Below, piece by piece: positions 10,442-18,957 of a stretch of DNA of 64,000 bases. Origin of the DNA: an uncultured Chloroflexia bacterium. GTDB taxonomy: Bacteria > Chloroflexota > Limnocylindria > QHBO01. A program made the position numbers and the translations under genes. The number at the start of each line of letters is the position of its first letter. Position 1 is the stretch's first letter. The DNA is taken from positions 10,232 to 74,231 of the forward strand of contig CAWIPT010000004.1 of the NCBI GenBank assembly GCA_963838125.1. Direction: 5' to 3'. The notes below the pieces were generated by a model that worked only from the letters and a program-made list of their open reading frames with translations, did no database searches and had not been told where the DNA came from.

Positions 10442-11234
10442 CTACTCCAGCGACGCCGCCACGCGCATGGCCGACGCCAGGTCGGGAGCACCCTCGACCC
10501 GGAGGGCGAGGCCGGCTTCCTCCCAGATGAGCGCCGAACCCACCAGCCGCAGGGAGGTGTCCACCATCTGCCCGTTGGCGTCGCGGTAGAAGAAGGCGTG
10601 GAAGCCACCCTCCACCCACCAGCCCCGCTGCCCGTTGACGGTCACCGCCTCCACCCGGGTCCCTGCCAGGACCATCTTTTCGAAGGTTTCCGGACCGATG
10701 TCGGCCAGGAACTCGGTGACCACCACGCCCAGCCCGTCGGCGCCGGCCGGATAGCCGGGGCGGTCGCCCCAGGCCTGCGTCACCGTTCCGCCTTCCGGCA
10801 CGGCTGCCAGGTACACCGCATCCGGCTGGCCGAGGGCCGAATCGGCCGGCATCCGGATCGTGAACGGCACCGCGGCCTCGGCCGCCGCCAGGGTGGTGGG
10901 CTGCCCGAACCCACCGTTGGGGACCGATGCGACCGGGGTGGGCAACGGGCTTCCATCCGCGAAGCGGATCTGGATGGCGCCGATGCCGATGCCGATGGCT
11001 CCGGCGACACCGGCCACCAGGAGCCCCGCCACCCCGGCCAGGACCAGCGAGCGACCGAGCGGCCGGCCAGCAGGGGCGAGCGGCGCCCACCAGCGTGGGC
11101 GGGACGGCGCCTGGATCTGCGCCAGCACGGCGGGGACGAGCGCGGGCGTGGCCGGGAAGCGGATGGCGGACGACAGCTCGGCGAGCGCGCTCTCGAGAGA
11201 CGCGGTCGCCGCCCGGCGCGAATCGGTCAGACAT
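10442..11234 (-). CDS. Single-TM anti-sigma-like protein, frameshifted near the N-terminus
   Basis: ATG 11234 overlaps the sigma stop; continues in ORF 10442-11128 with one TM helix and a C-terminal extracytoplasmic domain (VTVNGQRGWWVEG, LIWEEAG). Confidence 0.65.
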
Positions 11235-11784
11235 CGGTTCCGACCTCCGCCCGCAGGCGGCTCATGGCCCGCGACAGGCGCGACTTCACCGTGCCGCGAG
11301 GCACGTCGAGGGCTGCCGCCATGGCGACCTCATCCAGGTCCAGGAACCAGCGCAGGCCGATGACCAGTCGATCGTCGGCACTCAGCCGGCCGATGGCTGC
11401 GAGCAGCACCTCGCGTCGCTCGGCGGCGAGGACCGACCCCTCGGGCGATGGGGCTGCACCGCCCGATAGGGGGTCCTCCGCCAGGCGCAGGCCGAGCGCG
11501 GCCTGCCGGCCGGCGCCGCGACGGCGGTTGCGAGCGGCGTTGGCCACGATGCGCAGGAGCCACGGGCGGGGCTCCGACCCGGCCCGGAATCGGGGAAGTG
11601 CGCGCCAGGCCCGGACGAACCCTTCCTGCGCGGCGTCGCGAGCCTCGTCGGCATCGCCACAGACCAGGTACGCGGTCCGGTACGCGACTTCCTCGTATCG
11701 GCGCACGAGCTCCTCGTAGGCCGCGACGTCACCACGCCGCGCCCGTTCCATCAGTTCACGGTCGGACAGTGGACAGCCCTCCAC
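11227..11784 (-). CDS. ECF (sigma-70 group 4) RNA polymerase sigma factor
   Basis: ARRGDVAAYEELV, AQEGFVRAW, WLLRIVAN, GTVKSRLSRA; GTG 11784 is the likely start, downstream of its own promoter. Confidence 0.92.
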   Translation of the reverse strand: MEGCPLSDRELMERARRGDVAAYEELVRRYEEVAYRTAYLVCGDADEARDAAQEGFVRAWRALPRFRAGSEPRPWLLRIVANAARNRRRGAGRQAALGLRLAEDPLSGGAAPSPEGSVLAAERREVLLAAIGRLSADDRLVIGLRWFLDLDEVAMAAALDVPRGTVKSRLSRAMSRLRAEVGTDV

Positions 11785-11796
11785 CCGGCACGCTTG

Positions 11797-11823
11797 ATAC
11801 ACCGCTCGACCGGTTCCGGTTCC
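11797..11823 (-). promoter_or_regulatory. Putative ECF autoregulatory promoter
   Basis: GGAACC-N17-GTAT on the minus strand, just upstream of the sigma gene. Confidence 0.6.
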
Positions 11824-11860
11824 CCCCTGCTCATCGGTTCAGTATGGGAGGCGGTCGTCG

Positions 11861-11887
11861 GGAACCGATGGCGGCGAACCGGGGTAT
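11861..11887 (+). promoter_or_regulatory. Putative ECF target promoter
   Basis: Same GGAACC-N17-GTAT motif on the plus strand, upstream of the gene at 11923. Confidence 0.6.
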
Positions 11888-11922
11888 GGGTCACGTCGCA
11901 GATCACCACTGGAGGTAGCGCC

Positions 11923-12477
11923 GTGTCTCGCTCTGTCACCCGGACCCTCGTCCCGCTCCTGGCCGCTTCGGCCCTTCTGCTCACCACCGCCGGTGGCGTG
12001 CTGGGCAAGTGCGAGCACGATCCAGACGCATGCGAGGGTGTGTCCGCCACCTTCGATCCTGGCGGGACACTGATGGCCGGAGGTCCGGAGACGGTCGGCG
12101 TCTGGGTACTCGAGGACGAGCAGCCTTACGACGCGAACCGGGTCGAGCTCTTCTTCCACCGGATCGAAGACGGGACCCAGCTCAGCGTGGACGCCAGCCC
12201 GACCTCGCAGGCGGGTCGATGGCAGGCGGTCGTCAACCTGCCGGAAACCGGGACGTGGGAGGTGGCGGCCGTGGTGCAGGGGCCGGAGTTCGCGGGCAGC
12301 TTCATGCTGGACACCGTGCGCGTGAGCCCGGCAGCGGCAGCCGCCTCGACGGCCAGCGCGTCCACCAACGTGGCGCCGCAGCTCGTGCCCTGGATCGTGG
12401 CCTTCGCCCTTGCCGCCGGCCTGCTGGGAGCCGCGCTCCGGGCGCGCCGGCAGACTGTGGCCGCGCAGCACGGATAG
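11923..12477 (+). CDS. Secreted/membrane-anchored hypothetical protein (Ig/FixH-YtkA-like beta domain)
   Basis: GGAGGT RBS then GTG; signal peptide, LPETGTWEV beta motif, C-terminal TM with basic tail. Confidence 0.65.
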   Translation: MSRSVTRTLVPLLAASALLLTTAGGVLGKCEHDPDACEGVSATFDPGGTLMAGGPETVGVWVLEDEQPYDANRVELFFHRIEDGTQLSVDASPTSQAGRWQAVVNLPETGTWEVAAVVQGPEFAGSFMLDTVRVSPAAAAASTASASTNVAPQLVPWIVAFALAAGLLGAALRARRQTVAAQHG

Positions 12478-12504
12478 CCTCGCGGGCAGACCCGCACCTC
12501 GAAT

Positions 12505-12549
12505 CGGCGGTCCGTGGGGGAACCAATCTCCCCCGGACCGCCGTTTATT
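12505..12549 (+). terminator. Rho-independent terminator
   Basis: CGGCGGTCCG...CGGACCGCCG stem followed by TTTATT. Confidence 0.7.
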
Positions 12550-12585
12550 GACCCGTTATCACCGGCTGCGTAGGCTACGCGGCCC

Positions 12586-14694
12586 ATGGCCACCGTAGCG
12601 CGACGCCGCGCGGCTCCGGCTGTCGCGGCGCTTCCCGCCGTCGTCACCAGCCCCGATCGGTTCCTCAACCGCGAACTGTCCACCCTGCAGTTCAACGAGC
12701 GGGTACTGGCCCTTGCCGAGGATCCCGAGACACCCCTCCTGGAGAGGGTCAAGTTCGCTGCGATCTTCGCCTCGAACCTGGATGAGTTCTTCCAGGTTCG
12801 CGTCGCCGGCCTGAAGCGGCAGGTCGCGGCGGGCGCGATCACCACCTCGCCCGACGGGCTGACCGCGGCGCAGCAGCTGAATCGCATCGACCGGCGGGTG
12901 CGCAAGCTGGCCTCGCGCCACGCGCGGCTGTTCGCCGACGACATCCGGCCCGCCCTGGCGGACGCCGGTGTCCCGATCGTGCGCTGGAGCGAGCTCGATG
13001 ACAAATCCCAGACCACCCTGCGCGAGACGTTCAACGACCAGATCTTCCCGGTCCTCACCCCGCTGGCCGTCGACCCGGGCCACCCGTTCCCGTACATCTC
13101 CAACCTGTCGCTGAACCTGGCCGTCCTCGTCCGCGACCAGGCCAGCCGGCGGCGCCTGTTCGCCCGGATCAAGGTCCCGCCACTCCTGCCGAGGTTCATG
13201 CATGTCCCCAGCAATGGGCACAGCGAGGCGTGGGTGCCGTTGGAGGACTTGATTGCCGCCAACCTGGACAGCCTGTTCCCCGGGATGATCATCGCCGAGT
13301 CGTGGTCGTTCCGGGTCACCCGCCACTCGGACCTCGAGATCGACGACGACGAGGCGGAGGACCTGCTCGAGACGATCGAGGAGGAGCTCCGACGGCAGCG
13401 CTTCTCGCGCGCCGTCCGGCTCGAGGTCGAAGAAGGGATGCCGGACCACGTCATCTCGCTCCTGACCCGGGAGCTGCAGGTCAACTCGGCCGACGCCCAC
13501 GAGCTCGCGACACCGCTGGGCCTGACCGATCTGTGGAGCATGGTCAGCCTCGACCGGCCCGACCTGAAGCCACCGCCCCTGCACCCGGTCACCCCGCGAG
13601 CCCTCGCGCCCACGAGCGACGGCCCGGCGGACGTTTTCGGCGCCCTGCGCGCCTCCGACGTCCTCATCCATCATCCGTATGACTCGTTCGCGGGGACCGT
13701 GCAGGCGTTCATCGAGCAGGCCGCGGTGGACCCGGACGTGCTGGCCATCAAGCAGACGCTGTACCGGACATCGGGCCAGAGCCCGATCGTCGACGCCCTC
13801 ATCCGCGCCGCCGCCGCCGGCAAGCAGGTGGTGGTCCTGATCGAGCTCAAAGCGCGGCTGGACGAGGAGGCGAACATCGCCTGGGCCCGCAAGCTGGAGC
13901 AGGCCGGTTGCCACGTGGTGTACGGGCTCGTCGGCCTGAAGACCCATTGCAAGGTCTGCCTGGTCGTCCGCCAGGAGGGCACCCTGGTGCGGCGGTACGT
14001 CCATATCGGTACCGGGAACTACAACCCCTCGACCGCGCGGGTCTACGAGGACCTGGGCCTGCTCACCGCCGACGAGCGGCTGACCGAGGACGTCACCCAC
14101 CTGTTCAACGTCCTGACCGGCTACTCGCGCCGGTCGGAGTACGACGCGTTGATCCTGGCTCCCCTCAACCTACGGCGCCGGATGACGGAGATGATCGAGC
14201 GCGAGGCCGAGCGCTCGACGCCGAAGCAGCCGGGCCGGATCTCGATGAAGATGAATGCGCTGGTGGACGCCGGGATCATCGACGCGTTGTACGCCGCCTC
14301 TCGCCGCGGAGTGCAGATCGACCTCCTCGTCCGCGGGCCGTGCGTCCTGCGCCCCGGCGTCACCGGCCTGTCGGAGTCGATCCGGGTCCGCTCCATCGTG
14401 GGCCGCTTCCTGGAGCACTCCCGGATCTACCGCTTCGGGGTCGACGACGAGTCGGAGTTCTGGATCGGCAGCGCCGACATGATGGATCGCAACCTCGACC
14501 GGCGGTTCGAGGCGCTCGTCCGCGTGGACGAGCCGGCGCTCCAGGAACGCCTGGACGGGATCCTCGACCTTGCCTGGACCGACAACACTCATGCGTGGAG
14601 CCTGCGGGCCGATGGGAAATGGGCGCGCGTCCACGCCGGGCCGGAGCCGATCAGCCTGCAGGACGAGCTCGTGCGCCAGACCCAGCAAGCGTGA
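12586..14694 (+). CDS. ppk1: Polyphosphate kinase 1
   Basis: NRELS, SNLDEFFQVRVAGL, HHPYDSF, IKQTLYR, LKTHCK, HIGTGNYN, GRFLEHSR, GSADMMDRNL. Confidence 0.97.
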   Translation: MATVARRRAAPAVAALPAVVTSPDRFLNRELSTLQFNERVLALAEDPETPLLERVKFAAIFASNLDEFFQVRVAGLKRQVAAGAITTSPDGLTAAQQLNRIDRRVRKLASRHARLFADDIRPALADAGVPIVRWSELDDKSQTTLRETFNDQIFPVLTPLAVDPGHPFPYISNLSLNLAVLVRDQASRRRLFARIKVPPLLPRFMHVPSNGHSEAWVPLEDLIAANLDSLFPGMIIAESWSFRVTRHSDLEIDDDEAEDLLETIEEELRRQRFSRAVRLEVEEGMPDHVISLLTRELQVNSADAHELATPLGLTDLWSMVSLDRPDLKPPPLHPVTPRALAPTSDGPADVFGALRASDVLIHHPYDSFAGTVQAFIEQAAVDPDVLAIKQTLYRTSGQSPIVDALIRAAAAGKQVVVLIELKARLDEEANIAWARKLEQAGCHVVYGLVGLKTHCKVCLVVRQEGTLVRRYVHIGTGNYNPSTARVYEDLGLLTADERLTEDVTHLFNVLTGYSRRSEYDALILAPLNLRRRMTEMIEREAERSTPKQPGRISMKMNALVDAGIIDALYAASRRGVQIDLLVRGPCVLRPGVTGLSESIRVRSIVGRFLEHSRIYRFGVDDESEFWIGSADMMDRNLDRRFEALVRVDEPALQERLDGILDLAWTDNTHAWSLRADGKWARVHAGPEPISLQDELVRQTQQA

Positions 14695-16208
14695 GCGAAG
14701 AGCTCGAGCTGAAGTTTGCCGTCGGGCGGGCGTTTGCCATGCCCGATCTGATCGGCGCCGGATCGGTCGCCAACGTCCTGTCCATCCCCACCCAGGAGCT
14801 CGAGGCCACCTACTACGACACGGTGGATCGGCGCTTGGCCCGCTGGGGCATCACCCTGCGTCATCGCACCGGCGATGGGGACCGCGCGATGTGGACCCTG
14901 AAGCTGCCTCGGACCGCGGACGACGTTTCTGGGATCAAACCCGCGTCTCGGGAGGAGATGGAGGTCGAGGGCGGACCGGAAGCCATTCCCGAGGTCCTGA
15001 TCGACCTGGTGACCGCGCACATCCGGTCACACCCGCTCACGCCGGCCGCGGTGCTCGCCACCACCCGCGCCGGGTGGCGGCTGGTGGCCGACGACGGGCA
15101 CCCGGTCGCCGATCTGACCAACGACGACGTGTCGGTGATGGAAGGCGGGGATGTTCGCGCGCGGTTCAGCGAACTTGAGCTCGAGGCGCGGGAGGCCTCG
15201 CCCGACGACCTGGCGGCGTTGACCGATCGGCTGCTGGCCGCCGGCGCCGTGGGCACCGAGCCGATTCCGAAGGTGGTCCGCGCCCTCGGACCGACCGCCA
15301 CCGGACCACCGGACGTGGTGGTCCCCGAGTTCGGTCCGGACGACCCGGCCGGGTGGGCGGTCCGCGCGGCGCTGGCCGACGGGCTCCTGCGGATTCTCCG
15401 CCGCGACCCGGGCACTCGGATGGGATCGGAGGAGGACCTCCACCAATTCCGGGTCGGCGTTCGGCGGCTGCGGAGCGACCTGCGGACGCTCGAGCCGCTC
15501 CTCGACCCGGGCTGGGCGCCGGGACTCGATGCCGACCTCGAATCGCTCGCCGACCGCCTGGGTGCCGTCCGCGATCTCGACGTCCTGATGGCCCGGGTGG
15601 ATTCGGTCCACGGGGACCTGGGGACAGCGCTGCGACCCATGGTCGCCGACCTGCACCAGCGTCACACCACGGCCCGGGCCGCCCTCCTCGACGAGCTGCG
15701 CTCGGATCGGTATGCGCAGCTGCTCGAGCGGCTGGTGGTGCTGGCGCGGGACCCGGAGCTGACCCCGGCCGGGCGGGCTCCCACCGGGCAGGCGCTGCCC
15801 ACCCTGGCGGGCATAGCCTGGCGGAAGCTCGAGCGCCGCGCGGATCGGCTGAACCGGCGATCGACCGATGATGAGCTGCACCGCGCCCGGATCCGCGCCA
15901 AGCGCGCGCGGTACGCAGCCGAAACGGCCGCCCGCGGCCTGGATCCGAACCGGGCGAAGGCAGCCCAGAAGTTCGCGGACAGGCTCGGCACGTTCCAGGA
16001 CCTGCTGGGCCGGCACCAGGACGCGGTGGTCGCCACCGACGAGGCCCACGCCGCAGCCGCAGCGCATGAGGATGACCTCGGTCTCGTGGTGGCCGCCGGA
16101 CGGGTCATGGAGCGGGAGATCCAGGCGGCCCGTCAGGAGCGGCGACGGGTCAAGAAGGCGTGGAAGGAGCTCAATCGCAGGAAGCGTCGGCGCTGGATGA
16201 AATTGTGA
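14691..16208 (+). CDS. CYTH + CHAD domain protein
   Basis: GTG 14691; ELELKF (ExExK), YYDT, WTLK, ELELE (CYTH); HQFRVGVRRLRS, LHRARIRAKRARY, QDLLGRHQD (CHAD). Confidence 0.9.
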   Translation: MSEELELKFAVGRAFAMPDLIGAGSVANVLSIPTQELEATYYDTVDRRLARWGITLRHRTGDGDRAMWTLKLPRTADDVSGIKPASREEMEVEGGPEAIPEVLIDLVTAHIRSHPLTPAAVLATTRAGWRLVADDGHPVADLTNDDVSVMEGGDVRARFSELELEAREASPDDLAALTDRLLAAGAVGTEPIPKVVRALGPTATGPPDVVVPEFGPDDPAGWAVRAALADGLLRILRRDPGTRMGSEEDLHQFRVGVRRLRSDLRTLEPLLDPGWAPGLDADLESLADRLGAVRDLDVLMARVDSVHGDLGTALRPMVADLHQRHTTARAALLDELRSDRYAQLLERLVVLARDPELTPAGRAPTGQALPTLAGIAWRKLERRADRLNRRSTDDELHRARIRAKRARYAAETAARGLDPNRAKAAQKFADRLGTFQDLLGRHQDAVVATDEAHAAAAAHEDDLGLVVAAGRVMEREIQAARQERRRVKKAWKELNRRKRRRWMKL

Positions 16209-17149
16209 GCACTCCGATCATCCGCGCCGCCGGTGGCGTCCTGTGGCGGCCGACCGAGTCACCCACCGGCGAGGAAGGCGTCGAGGTGGCGGTAGTCCAC
16301 CGGCCGCGCTACGACGACTGGAGCCTGCCGAAGGGAAAGCTCGCACCGGGTGAGCCGGAGGTCGAGGGCGCGGTGCGCGAAGTGCTCGAGGAGACCGGCT
16401 TCCGGGTCCGGATCGGCCGTCCGCTGGGCGAGACGCGCTACATCAAGGTGGTGGCCGGGATCGAGCGGCCCAAGGTGGTCCATTGGTGGGCGATGCGCGC
16501 CGACACCGGTGCCTTCACCCCGAATGACGAGATCGACGACCTCCGCTGGCTGTCGCTCGACAGCGCAGCCGGGATCCTGTCGCGGGAGAGCGACCGGGTC
16601 GTGCTCGAGCGGTTCGCGCACGGCCCCACGCCGACCCGAAGCGTCCTCATCGTCCGTCACGGGAGTGCGAGCTCGGCCTCGACCTGGACTGGGGATGACG
16701 CTCGGCGGCCGCTGGACGAAGAGGGCTGGGCACAGGCCGATGGGCTCGCGCGTCTGCTGTCCCGCTTCGACATTGCCGAGATCGTGTCCGCGGACGTGGA
16801 CCGCTGCGAGCAGACGGTCGCTCCGTTGGCCGAGGCGCTGGGGCTCACCGTCCGGCTCGATCCCGTCCTGTCCGAGGTCGGCTACCCGGGGCGCGAGGAC
16901 GAGGCCGTCATGCTCGTCCGCGGTCTCGTCATGCCGGGTCGCGATGGCGTGGTATGCAGCCAGGGCCAGGTCATTCCGGACCTCCTGCGCCGGGTCGCGG
17001 AGCACGACGATCGGGCAGTCCCCGACCCGCTGCCCTTTCGCAAGGGGAGTGTCTGGGCGCTGACCTTCAGCGAGGGGCGTCTGCTCGAGATGGCGTACAT
17101 TCCGCCTCCCGAGATGACCGCGGACGAGGTCATTCCCGTCCCGGCCTGA
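16205..17149 (+). CDS. NUDIX hydrolase + histidine-phosphatase fusion (MutT1-like)
   Basis: HRPRYDDWSLPKGK...AVREVLEETG Nudix box, then the RHG phosphatase domain. Confidence 0.9.
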   Translation: MSTPIIRAAGGVLWRPTESPTGEEGVEVAVVHRPRYDDWSLPKGKLAPGEPEVEGAVREVLEETGFRVRIGRPLGETRYIKVVAGIERPKVVHWWAMRADTGAFTPNDEIDDLRWLSLDSAAGILSRESDRVVLERFAHGPTPTRSVLIVRHGSASSASTWTGDDARRPLDEEGWAQADGLARLLSRFDIAEIVSADVDRCEQTVAPLAEALGLTVRLDPVLSEVGYPGREDEAVMLVRGLVMPGRDGVVCSQGQVIPDLLRRVAEHDDRAVPDPLPFRKGSVWALTFSEGRLLEMAYIPPPEMTADEVIPVPA

Positions 17150-17179
17150 CCGCCGCCTCGGATGCGCTAGGCTCACACC

Positions 17180-18160
17180 GTGGTTGCCGACACCAAAGGC
17201 CCGTCCACTCAGGCAGCCGAGCCTGCCATCCGGACCGATCACCTGACCAAGCACTACGGTGGCAGTCGCCGGCCGGGACGGCATGGCGGCCCGATCCGGG
17301 CGCTGAATGACGTCAGCCTCGAGGTTGAGCGCGGCGAGATCTTCGGCTTCCTCGGCCCCAACGGGGCGGGCAAGACGACCATGATCCGGACGCTGCTGGG
17401 TTTCCTCCACGCATCCAGCGGGACGGCGACGGTGCTCGGCCTCGACATCGTCCGAGACTCAGTGGCGCTGCGCGAGCGAGTCGGATATCTGCCGGGCGGG
17501 ATTGCCGCCTACGGGTCGTTGAGCGGCTCCGCTTCGCTCGACTACTACGCGGACCTCCAGCAGCGCGAGCCGGTTCTTCGCGACGAGCTGGCTCAGCGGC
17601 TCCAGCTGTCCACAGCGGACCTGAAGCGCAAGGTCCGTGACTACAGCCGCGGCATGCGCCAGAAGATCGGTGTCATCCAGGCTCTCCAGCACGATCCCGA
17701 GCTGGCCATCCTGGACGAGCCCACCGAGGGCCTGGATCCGCTCATGCAGCTCGCGTTCTACGAGATCCTCGAGGAGCGTCAGACAGCGGGCCGCACCATC
17801 TTCATGAGCTCGCACTACCTGGGCGAGGTGGAGCGCATCTGCAACCGGGTGGCCATCATCCGCGCCGGCCACCTCATGGCCGTGCAGCACGTCGACGAGC
17901 TGCTGGCCAGGCGAAAGCGCAGGGTCTCCCTCCGCTGGCGCGGCAGCGCCCCCGACCTGTCCGAGGTGCCGGGCCTCGGCGACGTGGTCGTCTCCCGCGA
18001 TCGGATCACCGCCACCCTCTCCGGGGACGTGGCGCCGTTCGTTCGGGCCGTCGCTTCCCCCGCCCTGGTGGACCTGCTCATCGAACCGGCCCGTCTCGAA
18101 GAGGTGTTCTTCGAGTACTACGCCGGCGAGGACGGCGCGGGGCCCGGAGGCACGCCGTGA
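17180..18160 (+). CDS. ABC transporter ATP-binding protein
   Basis: GPNGAGKTT, YSRGMRQK, ILDEPT, SSH. Confidence 0.92.
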   Translation: MVADTKGPSTQAAEPAIRTDHLTKHYGGSRRPGRHGGPIRALNDVSLEVERGEIFGFLGPNGAGKTTMIRTLLGFLHASSGTATVLGLDIVRDSVALRERVGYLPGGIAAYGSLSGSASLDYYADLQQREPVLRDELAQRLQLSTADLKRKVRDYSRGMRQKIGVIQALQHDPELAILDEPTEGLDPLMQLAFYEILEERQTAGRTIFMSSHYLGEVERICNRVAIIRAGHLMAVQHVDELLARRKRRVSLRWRGSAPDLSEVPGLGDVVVSRDRITATLSGDVAPFVRAVASPALVDLLIEPARLEEVFFEYYAGEDGAGPGGTP

Positions 18161-18957
18161 GCCTGCGCGTCCTCCGCCAGTCGCTGTACTGGCAGCGCGG
18201 ACGGCTGGTGGTGGTCGGCATCGTCGCGCTGCTGTGGGGGGCCCTCATCCCGACGTTCTACGTGACCTTCCAGGACCTGTTCGAGGGACTGATCGAATCG
18301 GGCTTCCCGGAGAACTTGCTGAACTTCGGCTCCGGCAGCCTGTTCACTCTGGGTGGGGCCATGACCATCGGCTTCCAACACCCGATCGGCATCGGTCTGG
18401 TAGCCGTCTTCGCGGTGGGCGCTGCCGCCAACGCCGTTGCCGGCGAGCGCGAGGCGGGCACCCTCGAGGTGCTCCTGGCCCGCCCGCTGTCCCGTCGCCG
18501 GCTCTACACCTCGGTGGGTGCCGCGGTGAAGATCTCGATCGCCGTGGTGCTCGCCCTGCTGCTGGCCGGCCAGGTCATCAGCATGGTGGCGCTCGGAGTG
18601 GAGGACGAGATCGACCTGGCCATGATCCCGGTGGTCTGGGTGGTGGGACTGCTGCTGTGGGCGGCCTTCGCCACGTTCTCGCTGGCTGCCAGCGTGACCT
18701 TCGACCGTCGCGGACCGGCCATCGCGCTGAGCCTGGCGTACCTGGGGATCAACTACTTCCTGGAGATCCTGGGCTCGTTCCTGCCCGACATCGCCTGGAC
18801 CCAGGAGTACTCGCTGTTCCACCACTTCAACCCGGGCGAGATCGTGACCGGCACGCTGGACCCGGTGGACCTGCTCATCCTGGGCGTCGCCGTCGTCCTG
18901 CCCGTCATCTGGGCGCTGATCGTGTTCCCCCGTCGCGACCTCGGGGCCCCCGCCTAG
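18157..18957 (+). CDS. ABC-2 type permease
   Basis: AGEREAGTLEVLLARPLSRR, six TM helices, C-terminal RRDL. Confidence 0.88.
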   Translation: MSLRVLRQSLYWQRGRLVVVGIVALLWGALIPTFYVTFQDLFEGLIESGFPENLLNFGSGSLFTLGGAMTIGFQHPIGIGLVAVFAVGAAANAVAGEREAGTLEVLLARPLSRRRLYTSVGAAVKISIAVVLALLLAGQVISMVALGVEDEIDLAMIPVVWVVGLLLWAAFATFSLAASVTFDRRGPAIALSLAYLGINYFLEILGSFLPDIAWTQEYSLFHHFNPGEIVTGTLDPVDLLILGVAVVLPVIWALIVFPRRDLGAPA

